From: Myxococcota bacterium | GTDB taxonomy: Bacteria > Myxococcota_A > UBA9160 > JAFDDA01 | Assembly: GCA_965228475.1 (NCBI GenBank) | Contig: OZ245817.1 | Coordinates: 32,001 to 96,000, forward strand | DNA length: 64,000 nucleotides | Direction: 5' to 3' | Part shown: positions 47,444 through 59,100 of the stretch, piece by piece | How the letters are laid out: each line of letters begins with the position of its first letter | How positions within the stretch are numbered: position 1 is the stretch's first letter | Notes under the pieces: model-generated | Told to the model about the DNA's origin: nothing | The model's database searches: none | The model's input: only the letters and a program-made list of their open reading frames with translations | Program-made: the position numbers and the translations under genes

Positions 47444-50400
47444 ATGATCGACCCGCGCGACATTCCGAGTGGCGAGCCCCGCTGGGCTCTCGCTCTCGTG
47501 CTGCTGCTCCTGCTCTGGGGCTCGCCCTCGGTGTTCGCGCAAAACCAGCCCGATTTCTTCGGGCTGGGAGACCTCCCGGGAGGCGCCGTGGCGAGCGGCG
47601 CCAACGCCATCTCCGCCGACGGCGCCGTCGTCGTCGGCGATTCGGAGTCCGGGTCGGGGACGGAAGCCTTCCGCTGGACCTCCGGCGGCGGGATGACCGG
47701 GCTCGGCACGCTTTCGGGCGGCGACTTCTTCAGCACCGCGAACGGGGTCTCCTCGAACGGCAGCGTCGTCGCGGGGACCGCCTCGAACTCCGACGGCGGC
47801 ACCGCCTTCCGCTGGACCTCCGGCGGTGGGATGACGGGGCTCGACCAGCTCGGCTGCTCGCCCCTCTGCCCGGACCCGGCCCTCGGGGCGGGCATCTCGC
47901 CCGATGGTCAGACGGTCGTCGGGGCGGGGCTCCACAAGACGCTCTTCGGGGACCCGCACGGCGACGGCGTGCGCTGGGCTGGGGGCGGCACGAGCGATTC
48001 GCGCCTGGCGACGCCCGGAACCGGCAGCCACGCCGAGGCCGCCCAGGGCAACGACGCCAACACGGCTGGAACGATTCTCGTCGGCGAGTCTTCGGCGGGC
48101 GGGCCGATCCAGGCGGTCGTGTGGACGAGCAGCGGGAGCACCGCTTCGGTTCTCCCGGCACCTGCGGGTGCGGTCCTGAACTCGACCGCCCTCGCGATCT
48201 CCGCCGATGGCAGCACGATCGTCGGCGGCACGAACACGAGCCCGAGCATGTCGACGAGCATCGAAGCCGCGATGTGGACCGGCGGCGGCTACGGCACGCT
48301 GACCCTGCTCGGCGATCTCGGCGCGAGTTCGCCCCGCAGCCGCGCCTGGGACGTGACCTCCGACGGCGGGATCGTCGTCGGGACCGCCCGCAACGCCGAG
48401 GGCGACGACCGCGCCTTCATCTGGGACGCGGTCCACGGCATGCAGGATCTGGCCGCGGTCCTGCTCGACGACTACGGCGTCGACGTCGGCGGCTGGCAGC
48501 TCTTGGAAGCCCGCGGCGTCTCGGACCCGAACGGCCAGGGCGAGTTCGCCGTGGTCGGCCGCGGCATCAACCCGAGCGGCGACGACGAAGCCTGGTACGC
48601 CTTTCTCTCCCCCGTCGCGTGCAACGACGGCGTCGACAACGACAGCGACACGGACACCGACTTCCCCGCCGATTCCGGCTGCAACCGGAAGTCGGACCGC
48701 TCCGAGACCGCCGACTGTGGCGACGGCCTCGACAACGACGGCGACGGCCAGACCGACACCGCCGACGGCGGCTGCAACGATGCTGCCGACCCGACCGAGG
48801 AGCCCGACTGCGGCGACGGCATCGACAACGACGGGGACGGTCTCGTCGACTTCCCGGCGGACCCGGGCTGCCGGAGCGCCACCCAGGCGATCGAGAACCC
48901 GGCCTGCAACGACGGCATCGACAACGAGCCCGACGGCCAGACGGACTTCCCGGCGGACCCCGGCTGCCTCGCCGCCGACGACTTCTCCGAGGGGCGCGAC
49001 TGCAACGACGGCATCGACAACGATGGGGACGGCCTCGTCGACTACCCCGCCGACCCGGACTGCACCGGCATCAACGACCCCGCCGAAGACCCCCAGTGCA
49101 ACGACCGCGTCGACAACGACGGGGATCTCGCGACGGACTACCCCGCGGCCTACCCGGCCTGCACCTCGGCGCTCGACACCGTGGAAGCGCCGGCCTGCAG
49201 CGACGGCACCGACAACGATTCCGACGCCGCGACGGATCACCCGGCCGACGTCGATTGCCTCGCCGAAGACTTCCTCTCCGAGGCTCCGGTCTACCTCGCC
49301 ACGGGCAGCCTGCTCGCGCTCGACGAGGGTAGCGGAACCTTCTTCCGCCTCGACACGGGCACCGGGACCCAGACGGTCCTGAGCCAGTCGGCCTCCCTCA
49401 CCGCGCCCCAGGGCCTCGCCCAGCGCGCCACCGGCGAGTGGCTCGTCGCGGACCCGAGCGGGCTCTACGACGTCGTGCCGGTCGTCGGAACGCAGCAGAG
49501 TCTCGCCGGCCCCCTCACCGCAGGCGACTCCCTCCAGCTCGTGGTCGACGCCGCGGGCGACGTGCTCGTGCTCGAGAAGGAGGAGATCTCCGGCATCGAC
49601 GGCACCGGCACCAAGACCACGCGCGTGGCCATGCCCGTCGACGCCATCCTCGCCGTCTTCCGCGGCGACTCGCTCGTGCAGGAGAGCGACGGGCGGCTGC
49701 TCGTCACGGCCTTCGGCTTCCTCGGCGAGGGCATCTTCCGCATCGACCCGAGCCAGAACCCCGTGACCTACGAGATGGTCTCGCCGCAGCTCTCGACCGA
49801 TCAGTTCGAGGACCTCGCCCTCGAAGCGAACGGCACGATCCTCGCCGTCGGCACGCGCATCTCGACCGGCGAGACCGGCGTCTTCCGCGTCGTCCCGAGC
49901 GGCGGCAGCATGGGCAGCACGACCACGCTCTCGAACGACCCGGCGTGGACGGCGCCGGTCGCGGTGGCCGTCGCGGGGAACGGGGACATCTTCGTGCTCG
50001 ACGAGGGCACCTGCACCGCCGGGAGCTGCACCGGCGCGGAGATCGTCCGGGTCGACCCGGTGAGCGGCGCGCGCCTGAACGTCTTCAGCGGCGGCGCGAT
50101 CACCGGCCCGGGCGACCTGGCCTTCGTCGCCAGCCTGCCCGAGTGCCAGGACGGGGACGACGACGACGGCGACAGTTTCGTCGACTTCGCGGCCGACCCC
50201 GACTGCCGCCATCCCTGGGACCCGAGCGAGGCGCCGGATTGCAGCGACGGCCTCGACAACGATGGCGACGGCCTCGTCGACTTCCCCGCCGACCCGGGCT
50301 GCACCGACGCCATGAGCCAGGTCGAAAACCCCGAGTGCAACGACGGTCTCGACAACGACGGCGACGGCCTCGTCGATTTCGGCAGCGATCCGAACTGCCT

Positions 50401-50542
50401 GACCGCCGACGACGACCGCGAGCTCCAGAAGACGGGCTGCGGCCTGACGGGCGCCGAGGCGTTGCTCCTGCTCTGCCTGCTGCGCCGCCGCGGCCGCCTC
50501 GCTTCCGGGATCCGCCGCCGAGCCGGTTCGCTCCCCGCCTAG
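47444..50542 (+). CDS. Secreted surface protein: HAF-type repeats, acidic Cys-rich repeats, beta-propeller and C-terminal anchor
   Basis: Signal peptide; ANAISADG..VVG...AFRW repeats; ten C.DG.DND.DG..D.PAD..C repeats; GCGLTGAEALLLLCLLRRR tail. Confidence 0.88.
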   Translation: MIDPRDIPSGEPRWALALVLLLLLWGSPSVFAQNQPDFFGLGDLPGGAVASGANAISADGAVVVGDSESGSGTEAFRWTSGGGMTGLGTLSGGDFFSTANGVSSNGSVVAGTASNSDGGTAFRWTSGGGMTGLDQLGCSPLCPDPALGAGISPDGQTVVGAGLHKTLFGDPHGDGVRWAGGGTSDSRLATPGTGSHAEAAQGNDANTAGTILVGESSAGGPIQAVVWTSSGSTASVLPAPAGAVLNSTALAISADGSTIVGGTNTSPSMSTSIEAAMWTGGGYGTLTLLGDLGASSPRSRAWDVTSDGGIVVGTARNAEGDDRAFIWDAVHGMQDLAAVLLDDYGVDVGGWQLLEARGVSDPNGQGEFAVVGRGINPSGDDEAWYAFLSPVACNDGVDNDSDTDTDFPADSGCNRKSDRSETADCGDGLDNDGDGQTDTADGGCNDAADPTEEPDCGDGIDNDGDGLVDFPADPGCRSATQAIENPACNDGIDNEPDGQTDFPADPGCLAADDFSEGRDCNDGIDNDGDGLVDYPADPDCTGINDPAEDPQCNDRVDNDGDLATDYPAAYPACTSALDTVEAPACSDGTDNDSDAATDHPADVDCLAEDFLSEAPVYLATGSLLALDEGSGTFFRLDTGTGTQTVLSQSASLTAPQGLAQRATGEWLVADPSGLYDVVPVVGTQQSLAGPLTAGDSLQLVVDAAGDVLVLEKEEISGIDGTGTKTTRVAMPVDAILAVFRGDSLVQESDGRLLVTAFGFLGEGIFRIDPSQNPVTYEMVSPQLSTDQFEDLALEANGTILAVGTRISTGETGVFRVVPSGGSMGSTTTLSNDPAWTAPVAVAVAGNGDIFVLDEGTCTAGSCTGAEIVRVDPVSGARLNVFSGGAITGPGDLAFVASLPECQDGDDDDGDSFVDFAADPDCRHPWDPSEAPDCSDGLDNDGDGLVDFPADPGCTDAMSQVENPECNDGLDNDGDGLVDFGSDPNCLTADDDRELQKTGCGLTGAEALLLLCLLRRRGRLASGIRRRAGSLPA
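48620..50398 (+). repeat. Coding tandem repeats (CNDGIDNDGDGLVDFPADPGC-type; 7 + 3 copies)
   Basis: Seven copies at about 48620-49258 and three at about 50144-50398, all in frame; likely Ca2+-binding. Confidence 0.85.
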
Positions 50543-50612
50543 CCCCCTTCAAGGCCGGAGCGCATCGTTCCGATGAGGCCCCACGGGCATTGGACGCCCG
50601 AGGGGCGCCCCG

Positions 50613-52529
50613 TTGGAGTTTCGTCGTGTCCTGCGGGTGGTGCTCGCCGCAGCCTGTACCGCGGCCTTGATCGAGCTGCTCGCGGAGTCCCTTCGGGGCG
50701 GCGGCCAACGCAGCCTCTACTTCCTCGTTTCCTTCGCGATCAGTCTCGGCGTCGGCGTTCTCGTGGCCACGCTGGCGGCGGCACTGCGGCGTCCGCCGAA
50801 CCAGGCCGTCGCGGCGTGGGTGGGCGTGGCGAGTGCGATCGTCTTCGGCCCGTGGACCGGGATCGCCCTCGGAGCGGTCACCCTTGCGGCCGGTTCGCAC
50901 CCGATGGCGGCGAGCCTCCGGCCGACGCGCTTCGGGCTCGTCGCGGGAGCTGCCTTCGCAGGCTCGGCGATCCCCGTGCTCTGGTTCGCGCCGAAGCTCC
51001 CGGCGCTCCCCGGGCCGGGCTGGCTGGCCCTTCCGGCCTTCGCGTCCACCCTGGTCTTGATGGTCCTGCTCGCGGGACGTTTCTTCGGGGCCTGGCGAAC
51101 GTGGCGCTTCATCGCCCCGGCGCTCGCGATCGTCGTCCTGGTCGATGCGGTGCAGGCGGTCCGTGTGGTCGAGGCGCCGGCCCATCGCAGCCGCGGCCCG
51201 CACGTCTTCGTGCTCGTCCTCGATACGGTGCGGGCAGACGCGCTCTCGGTCTACGGCTACGCGCGCGATACGACGCCGAACCTCGCGCGTCGGGTCGCCG
51301 AGCACCCCGGCGCGTTCGTGCACCCGTGGGCGTTCTCGAACGGCGCCTGGACCGCGCCGAGCCACGCCACCCTGCTGACGGGCCGGCTTCCCTCCGAGCA
51401 CGACGTCCATCTCGGAACGGACACGGCGCGCACGATGGATTGGTCCATGCCGACGCGTTTCACGCTGCGCGCCGGCCGCACGCTGGCCGAGCGCTTCCAG
51501 GCGGCGGGCTACGCCACCCTCGCCGTCTTCGCGAACCCGTGGCTCTCGCGGATCGACGGCCTCGAGCGTGGCTTCGACCACTACGAAGAAGTGAGTCAGG
51601 CCCCGGGGCTACCGCTCGTCGCCGAGCGTCTGCGGTCCCGCTTCACGCCTTCGCTCTTCCTCGACGAGGTCGACTTCACCGCCCGGGCGCCGGCGATCGT
51701 CGAACGGCTCCTCGGCGAAGTCGATGCACGGATCGACCGCCCCGTCTTCGTGCTCGCGAACTTCCTCGACGCTCATGCCCCCTACCGACCCCCTCGCTGG
51801 GCGCGCGGACGCTATGCGCCCTGGAGCCCCTTCGAAGGGCCCCAGGACCTCTCGATCGATCTCTCCGCGCAAGAGCTCGAACGGCTGCGCGCGCGCTACG
51901 ACGAGTCGATCCACGCCCTCGACGCCGAGCTCGAGGACTTCTTCGAGGGGCTCGAAGCCCGGGAGATGCTCGGGGACTCCTGGGTCTTCGTGACCTCGGA
52001 CCACGGTGAGGCCTTCGCGGAGCACGGCGTGACGGACCACGGCACCGGGGTCTACAACGAGGCCGTCCGCGTCCCGCTCGTCGTCTTCCCGCCGCGGGGC
52101 GTCGAAGCCGCGCCGGCCGAGGGCCCGGCGAGCCTCGCGAGCGTCGCGGCCATGCTCGCGGAGATCGCGGGGGAGCCGATCGAGGGGGTGGCCGGATTCC
52201 AGGGCCCGCAGGGCACGCCCCATCGCGCGATCGTCCAGTTCTACTCGGACCCGGGGAAGGCGCGCCACAACGGGAAGCTCGGCGAGGCCCCGGCGCAGGT
52301 GATGGTCGACGGAAAGCGGAAGCTCATCCTCTACGAGACGCACCGCGAACTCTACGACCTCGCGCAGGACCCCGGCGAACGGCGGGACCTCGCCGCGTCC
52401 GAAGCCGCCGAGGCCGAGCGTCTGGCCAGGGCGCTCCCCGAGATCGATTTCTCGCGCGCCGCCTCGGCACGCGCGGAGGACGACGACGCCCTCCGCGCAC
52501 GCCTCGAGGCGCTCGGCTACGTGGAATAG
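50613..52529 (+). CDS. Membrane-anchored sulfatase/alkaline-phosphatase-superfamily protein
   Basis: N-terminal TMs; VLDTVRAD, WTAPSHATLLTG (Thr at the nucleophile position), DAHAPY, TSDHGE, ELYDL..DPGE. Confidence 0.9.
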   Translation: MEFRRVLRVVLAAACTAALIELLAESLRGGGQRSLYFLVSFAISLGVGVLVATLAAALRRPPNQAVAAWVGVASAIVFGPWTGIALGAVTLAAGSHPMAASLRPTRFGLVAGAAFAGSAIPVLWFAPKLPALPGPGWLALPAFASTLVLMVLLAGRFFGAWRTWRFIAPALAIVVLVDAVQAVRVVEAPAHRSRGPHVFVLVLDTVRADALSVYGYARDTTPNLARRVAEHPGAFVHPWAFSNGAWTAPSHATLLTGRLPSEHDVHLGTDTARTMDWSMPTRFTLRAGRTLAERFQAAGYATLAVFANPWLSRIDGLERGFDHYEEVSQAPGLPLVAERLRSRFTPSLFLDEVDFTARAPAIVERLLGEVDARIDRPVFVLANFLDAHAPYRPPRWARGRYAPWSPFEGPQDLSIDLSAQELERLRARYDESIHALDAELEDFFEGLEAREMLGDSWVFVTSDHGEAFAEHGVTDHGTGVYNEAVRVPLVVFPPRGVEAAPAEGPASLASVAAMLAEIAGEPIEGVAGFQGPQGTPHRAIVQFYSDPGKARHNGKLGEAPAQVMVDGKRKLILYETHRELYDLAQDPGERRDLAASEAAEAERLARALPEIDFSRAASARAEDDDALRARLEALGYVE

Positions 52530-52535
52530 CCCCGG

Positions 52536-55148
52536 CTAGGGCCGGATCGGAGCCAGGCAGACGTCCTCGACGGTGGCGGGGAATCCCGCCCGCGTGCCTT
52601 CGCAGACGTCGAGCACGGCGCCGTTCGTCTTCAGGAACTCCGACTTCTGGATGCGCGCGAGCGGCTGGCGCCGCGGGCACTCGTGCGGGTCTCCCCCGAA
52701 GCGCGAAGCGCACGCCGAGAGCTCCGGGTTGCCGCCGCCGGGCGTGAGGTTCGCGTTCGGCGACTGCAGGTTGCCCGAGTCCCAGACGATCATCGCCGAG
52801 CCGTCGAAGCGGTAGTCCGGGTTCGTGACGCCCGGCACCGGCGGCCCCGGGTCGCTCGCCGGAATGCCCGGGATGTTCCAGTACGGGTCGTCGCTCTGCC
52901 AGAACGGGCGCGGGTCGCCCGCGGGGTTCTGGTCCGCATACGCGGCCGGGTCGAAGCCCACGCGGTGCATCGAGGCGCCGATCGTGCGCGCCTCGACCGC
53001 GGCGGACATGTCGGAGACCTGGAAGTCACCGAAGGCCACGTGCAGCAGGATCTTCTTGGCCGGCGTGCCCGGGTAGGGGTCCCGCGTCAGGTGGTTCGCG
53101 TGGCCGTTGGTCTCGCCGCGATCCCACAGCATCTGGGCCAGGCCGAACAGGATCGGGTGCTGGCGCGCGTCCGGGTAGGCGAAGTCGAGCAGGATCAGGA
53201 AGCTGTCGAAGTCGACGCTCCGGTAGAGCAGCGTGCTGTAGTTCATGCCCGGCACGCCGAGCACGGCCCGGGTGTAGTCCTGGGCGAACGCGGCGAGCGC
53301 GCCGCCGGCGATGGCGCCCTGGCTGTTGCCGTCGTAGAAGAGCTCGGAGCCGTCGATCACGGAGTTCCCGAACTCGTCCTGGAAGGCCTCGTGGGAGCCC
53401 AGGCCGTCCGGGTGGATCATCGCGCGGCCGAGGAACAGGAAGTTCAACAGGCCCTGGTGCATGCGGTCCGCGAGGGTCGGGAAGCGCGAGAAGTCGTTCA
53501 GGATCGCGGCGACCGAGAGCTGGTCGTCCGAGCCCATGCCGATCCAGCGCGCGCCGCAGAAGACGAAGTTGTGCTCGAAGGCCATGTCTTCGACGTGGCT
53601 GGCGGTCGTTTCGCCCTGGCTCCCGAGCAGGCCGTGGCCGTAGAGGGAGGGTCGTGCCGGGTTGGCCGTGCCGTCGCCGGCGACGGTGGTGGCCGGCACC
53701 GTGCAGCGGAAGTCCGCCCAGTACGTCGGCGAATCGACGGGCGAGTCGCCCTCCTCGCAGGGCTTCTCGACGCCTTCGGCCGTTTCGCAGCGCAGGCGGG
53801 CCTGCTGCGGCAGCTCGTTGCCCTGGCAGGCGCGCGGCTGCCCGGCTTCGTCCTCGCAGTAGAGCCGCGTCAGGTCGCGGCCCGGCGGCACCGGGCCGGG
53901 CCCCGTGAGGAAGCTCTCGGCGTTGTTGTTCAGGTAGTTCGGGACCTCGATGCGGCCGTTGATGCGGAAGCGGATCTCCGGGTCCGAATCGCGCGGCTCG
54001 ACGGAGTCGATCACGAAGTTCGGGGCGGCGGCGCCGAGCTTGGCGAAGGCGTCGTCCCGCATGGCGAGCATGCGCTCGGACATGTTGCGCTTGCTGATGA
54101 CGGTGAAGTCCCAGGCCAGGTAGAGATCGTCTCGCGCGACGCCGTGGCGCTCGAGCGTGTCGAAGATCTCCTCCATCTTCTCGCGGCGGGCTTCGATCTC
54201 CGGCACGAAGGTCGGCGTGCCTTCCCGGTAGAGCTCGAAGGCGCGGTTCGGCGGGATCACCTCGCCCGCGCCGTTGCGCAGGTTGCGGAGCGCCACGACG
54301 TAGCGCTTGCCGCTCGCGAAGTTCACGGCCGGCCGGATCAGGAGCTGTCCGATCGAGGCGTCGATCCGGGAGTTGAGCTCGGCCCAGTGGGGGACACGCT
54401 CGCCGGTCTCGGCATCGAGGATCACGATGTTGGCCGCCGGGTCGAGGGAGGCGGCGAGGTCCCACTCGGGCGAATGGCCCGCGGCGGGCGTCGGCGGATC
54501 GAGCGGGTTCGCCGAGGGCGTCTGCAGGACGACGCCGGGGACGAGCACCTGGAGCGCCTGACCGGGGCTCCAGCCGTCGTTGCGGTTCCACTCGCTCGGG
54601 TCGACCTGACTCCCGAGCAGGTTCCGCGGCATGGCGGCTTCGTCCAGGAGGATGCGCCGGCCGGTGTCGGTCGTTTCATCCGCCTGGGTGAAATGGTCGT
54701 TCGGGAAGGGGTAGATGCAGATCCCCGGGTCGAGGAAGTCGCAGCCCTCCGCGATCTCGAGATCCGGTTCCCAGGAGAAGCTCGAGGAGACGATCGCCTC
54801 GGGCTCGGAATCGCCGTCGCTGCTCACCGCGGCGAAGAGCGTGTTGCGGCCGGGGCCGAGCAGGCCCGGGTCGATCTCGCCCGTCGCCGTCGTGCCCGCG
54901 ACGCCGAACTCGGCCGTCACGTCCGTGATGCTGCCGGGCGGGGAGTCGATTCCCGCGAGCAGCGTGACCCGGAAGCTCGACTCGTCGCCGTAGCCGGCGC
55001 CGAGCTCGATCGAAACGGGAACCCCGCCGACGGCGGGCGTCTGGACGACGCTCCCGTCGGCGGGGTCGAGGATCATGGGCCGAGGCGTGCAAGAAGCCGA
55101 CGCACCCAACAGCAAAAGGAGACTCAGCAGGCGCGTCGGTCGGTTCAT
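52536..55148 (-). CDS. Lipoprotein with an alpha/beta-hydrolase (lipase-like) domain
   Basis: Lipobox SAS-C; YGHGLLG; nucleophile elbow GNSQG. Confidence 0.82.
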   Translation of the reverse strand: MNRPTRLLSLLLLLGASASCTPRPMILDPADGSVVQTPAVGGVPVSIELGAGYGDESSFRVTLLAGIDSPPGSITDVTAEFGVAGTTATGEIDPGLLGPGRNTLFAAVSSDGDSEPEAIVSSSFSWEPDLEIAEGCDFLDPGICIYPFPNDHFTQADETTDTGRRILLDEAAMPRNLLGSQVDPSEWNRNDGWSPGQALQVLVPGVVLQTPSANPLDPPTPAAGHSPEWDLAASLDPAANIVILDAETGERVPHWAELNSRIDASIGQLLIRPAVNFASGKRYVVALRNLRNGAGEVIPPNRAFELYREGTPTFVPEIEARREKMEEIFDTLERHGVARDDLYLAWDFTVISKRNMSERMLAMRDDAFAKLGAAAPNFVIDSVEPRDSDPEIRFRINGRIEVPNYLNNNAESFLTGPGPVPPGRDLTRLYCEDEAGQPRACQGNELPQQARLRCETAEGVEKPCEEGDSPVDSPTYWADFRCTVPATTVAGDGTANPARPSLYGHGLLGSQGETTASHVEDMAFEHNFVFCGARWIGMGSDDQLSVAAILNDFSRFPTLADRMHQGLLNFLFLGRAMIHPDGLGSHEAFQDEFGNSVIDGSELFYDGNSQGAIAGGALAAFAQDYTRAVLGVPGMNYSTLLYRSVDFDSFLILLDFAYPDARQHPILFGLAQMLWDRGETNGHANHLTRDPYPGTPAKKILLHVAFGDFQVSDMSAAVEARTIGASMHRVGFDPAAYADQNPAGDPRPFWQSDDPYWNIPGIPASDPGPPVPGVTNPDYRFDGSAMIVWDSGNLQSPNANLTPGGGNPELSACASRFGGDPHECPRRQPLARIQKSEFLKTNGAVLDVCEGTRAGFPATVEDVCLAPIRP

Positions 55149-55831
55149 GCTCGGCGGCGTCCCATTCCAGCAAGGCCCAGCAGGGCAAAGCCCAGCATGG
55201 CCACTACGCCCGGTTCGGGCAGGATGAATTTCACGGAGTCGGCGAAGAAGAGACCCTCATCGTCGGCCACGCAGTCGGCACCGTTGCACGGACCGTCCGC
55301 CACGAACAAGCGGATTTCGTCGAAGCCCACGACGTCCTTGATCAGGAGCCGCACGGCGTCGGTCTCGGGCAGCGGGTCGCCCGCGGTCGAGAGGATCGTC
55401 TCGAGCAGGACGCCGTCCCGGAAGCCCTGGACCACGACCGGGTTGTTGCCCGGCAGGCTCAGCACGTCCACGCGGAAGAGCGTCACGTCCGTGCTGAAGT
55501 CGAGCTCGATCACCGGCACGAGGTTGTTCACGATCCCCTGGTCTCCGGTGGAGGCCCAGAAGGTCGTGTCCAGCCCGAAGGCCGTCGCGGCGTCCGCCTC
55601 CGAGAAGATCGTGGCATCGATGATGTCCACGAACGGGTAGGCCTGGGCCGAGGTCGCGGTCAGCGACAACTGATCATCGAAACAGACGAAGTAGGCACCG
55701 ATCCCGGGGTCGTTGGCCGGGCAGTCCGGCGCGGTGCCCGGATCGGTGATGGCGGCCGCGGGGCCGGCCAACAAGAGAGCGGCTCCGAGCGCAGGCAACG
55801 TTGCCCGCACGGAGCGGAGAGAAAAGAGCAT
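55145..55831 (-). CDS. PEP-CTERM-type secreted protein
   Basis: Signal peptide; C-terminal LPEPG, hydrophobic helix and RRRA. Confidence 0.85.
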   Translation of the reverse strand: MLFSLRSVRATLPALGAALLLAGPAAAITDPGTAPDCPANDPGIGAYFVCFDDQLSLTATSAQAYPFVDIIDATIFSEADAATAFGLDTTFWASTGDQGIVNNLVPVIELDFSTDVTLFRVDVLSLPGNNPVVVQGFRDGVLLETILSTAGDPLPETDAVRLLIKDVVGFDEIRLFVADGPCNGADCVADDEGLFFADSVKFILPEPGVVAMLGFALLGLAGMGRRRA

Positions 55832-56139
55832 GGGTCACACCTCCAGCTAGAGGTGGAGTGGGCGGCCGGATCAAGAAATGGCAGCGCGGGAGCAAGTTTT
55901 TTTGAGATTTTCCGCGCCGGGCGGGTACGCGGAGGAGACAAGGGCTGTCGGCCCGGCGGGTTGGGCCGGTTTTTGCCGGTTTGCCCCCGCGGGGAATTCA
56001 CTGAACGCCGGGAAAATTATTGATTCCCGGGCCCCTGGAGTTCATCCTGACGCGTCCCGTGGAGGTTCCCCTCCGTCCCGATTGGGCGGAGCGGTGCCCC
56101 TGCGCACGCACGAACACAGCTACCCCCCGAGAGGTTGCC

Positions 56140-59100
56140 ATGCCGTCGATGTCGTTCACCCGTTGGTTCCTGGTCCTGACTGCCATGTTGTTCACGGCGA
56201 GCGCGCAAGCGCAGTCGTTCCACGCTTTCGAGAGCGGGCCGGTGCGGCCGATGGCGCTCTCGCCCGACAGCGCGCGCCTCTACGTGGTGAACACGCCGGA
56301 CAACCGGCTCGAGATCTTCAACGTCGGAAACGGCGGGATCTTCCACGCCGGTTCGGTCCCTGTAGGGATGGAGCCCGTCGCGGTCGCGGCGCGAACCAAC
56401 AACGAAGTCTGGGTCGTGAACCACCTCTCGGACAGCATCAGCATCGTCGATGACGACCGCTCGAACCCGAAGGTGGGCCGCACGCTGCTCACCGGCGACG
56501 AGCCGCGCGACATCGTCTTCTCGGGCAACGGCCGCGCGTTCGTCACGACGGCGCATCGCGGTCAGCAGCGCATGCACGGCTCGATCTCCGGCGTGACGGG
56601 CGCCGGAGACCCGCAGATCACGACGGAAGGCGTCGGCCGCGCCGACGTCTGGGTGTTCGATCCGGCGAGCCTCGGCGCGACGGTCGGCGGCACGCCGCTC
56701 GAGATCATCACCCTCTTCGGCGATACGCCGCGCGCGCTCGCCGTCTCACCGGACGGCAACACCGTCTACGCTGGCGTCTTCCACTCGGGCAACCAGACGG
56801 CGGTCGTGCTCGAGACGGCGGTCTGCAACGGCTTCGCGGGTGCGGGCGCGTGCGGCGGCGACGGGATCGTCTCGCCGAACGGCCTTGCCGGCGGCAACCT
56901 GCCCGGCGGCAACCCCGGCCCGAGCGCCATCGCCACCGGCCCCGACGCCGGCGTGACCGCGCCGGAGACCGGGTTGATCGTCCAGTACGACAACGCCTCC
57001 GGCGAGTGGCGCGACGAGCTCGGCCGCAACTGGAGCAACGGCATCCGCTTCAACCTGCCGGACCACGACGTGTTCGCCATCAACGCGACCACGCTGAACC
57101 AGACCGACGACTACGAGCACGTCGGCACGATCCTCTTCAACATGGTGACCAACCCGGTGTCCGGGAAGGTCTACGTCACGAACACCGACGCCCAGAACCT
57201 GACCCGCTTCGAGGGTCCGGGCGGCGGTGGCAGCACGGTGCAGGGCAACCTGGCCCAGAGCCGGATCACGGTGATCACGCCGGGTTCGGGCCTCGTGGAG
57301 CCGCGGCACCTGAACAAGCACATCAACTACGGCGTGACGCCGGCGCCCGCGGGCACCGAGAACCACAGCCTCGCGACGCCCCTCGAGATGGCGATCAACT
57401 CGGCCGGCACCACGCTCTACGTGGCGGCCTTCGGTTCGAGCAAGGTCGGCGTCTTCGACACGGCCACCCTCGAGAACGACACCTTCGACCCGACCGTCCA
57501 GAGCGCGAGCTACGTGGACATCACGGGCGGCGGCCCCGGCGGCCTGGTGCTCGACGAGGCGCGCAACCGGCTCTACGTCTTCACGCGCTTCGACAACGGC
57601 GTCTCCGTCGTGAACACCACGACGGGCACCGAGGTCTACCACCTGAACTTCCCGAACCCGGAGCCCGCCTCGATCACGGACGGCCGCTTCATGCTCTACG
57701 ACGCGCTGGCGACGTCGAGCAACGGCGAGGCCTCCTGCTCGAGCTGCCACATCTTCGGCGACTTCGACAGCCTGGCCTGGGACCTCGGCGATCCGGACGG
57801 CGAGATCGGTTCCAACCCGAACACGATCAACCTGAACATCGCCGCGGGCGACCAGAACGGCGGCGCGGACAACGACGAGTTCCACCCCATGAAGGGGCCG
57901 ATGACGACCCAGACTCTCCGCGGCATGGCCAACTCGGGCCACATGCACTGGCGCGGCGACCGGGCCGACGGCTTCTTCGGCAACGACACGGCGAACAACA
58001 ACGACGAGGACCTCTCGTTCCGCAACTTCATCGTGGCGTTCGAGGGGCTCGTCGGCGACGACGTGCCGGCGACCAACGCCCAGCGGCAGGCCGACATGCA
58101 GGCGTTCGCGGACTTCCAGCTCCAGGTGCTGCTGCCGCCGAACCCGCTGCGCAACCTCGACAACGCGGATGCCAGCGATCAGCTGCCGGGGACGGACATC
58201 GGCTTCGCCCGTCAGATCTACGTCGGCAACGGGCCGAACGACTGCTCGGACGGCGTCTGCACCTTCCCGTTCCTGATCGGCGTCACGGGCTTCACCTGTG
58301 AGGGCTGCCACACGCTGAACCCGTCCCAGGGCTTCTTCGGGACGGACGGCACGATGTCCTTCGAGAACGAGGTGCAGATCTTCAAGATTCCGCACACGCG
58401 GAACATGTATCAGAAGGTCGGCATGTTCGGTCTGCCGGACGGCAGCTTCTTCGACATCGCCGACAACCAGCACACGGGCGACCAGGTCCGCGGCACGGGC
58501 TTCCTGCACGACGGCAGCGTGGACACGATCTTCCACTTCTTCCGGGCGGACGTGTTCGCCAACAGCGGCGGGAACAACTCCGGCTTCCAGAACGACTCGC
58601 AGCGGCGCGACATGGAGGCCTTCATGCTGGCCTTCGATACCGACCTCGCGCCGGTCGTCGGGCAGCAGGTGACCCTGAACTCGACGACGCTGCCGCTCGG
58701 CGACACGACGACGCGGCTCACCCTGCTCGAGACGCGCGCGGGGGCGGCCTTCGCCTCGCAGGTGCTCGGCGGTTCGACCACCGAGTGTGACCTGGTCGTG
58801 AAGGGTCTGGTCGGCGGCGTGATGCGCGGCTGGCTCTACGATCCGGTGGCCAACAGCTACGAGCCGGACTCGACGGGCGAGCCGGACGTGAGCCGCGCTT
58901 CCCTCGAGACCCTGGCGAACACGGCCGGCCAGGAGCTCACCTTCACCTGCGTGCCTCCGGGCGCCGGTGTCCGCGTGGCCCTCGACCGCGACGAAGACGG
59001 CGTGCTCGACTTCGACGAGCTCGCGGCGCTGACGGACCCGAACAACCCGGGCAGCGTCGCCGGCGCCTGCAACGATGGCATCGACAACGATGGGGACGGC

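Noticed and set aside
48620..50398. Regularly spaced repeats resembling a CRISPR array
   Set aside because: They are degenerate, in-frame protein repeats with synonymous variation, and no cas genes are present.
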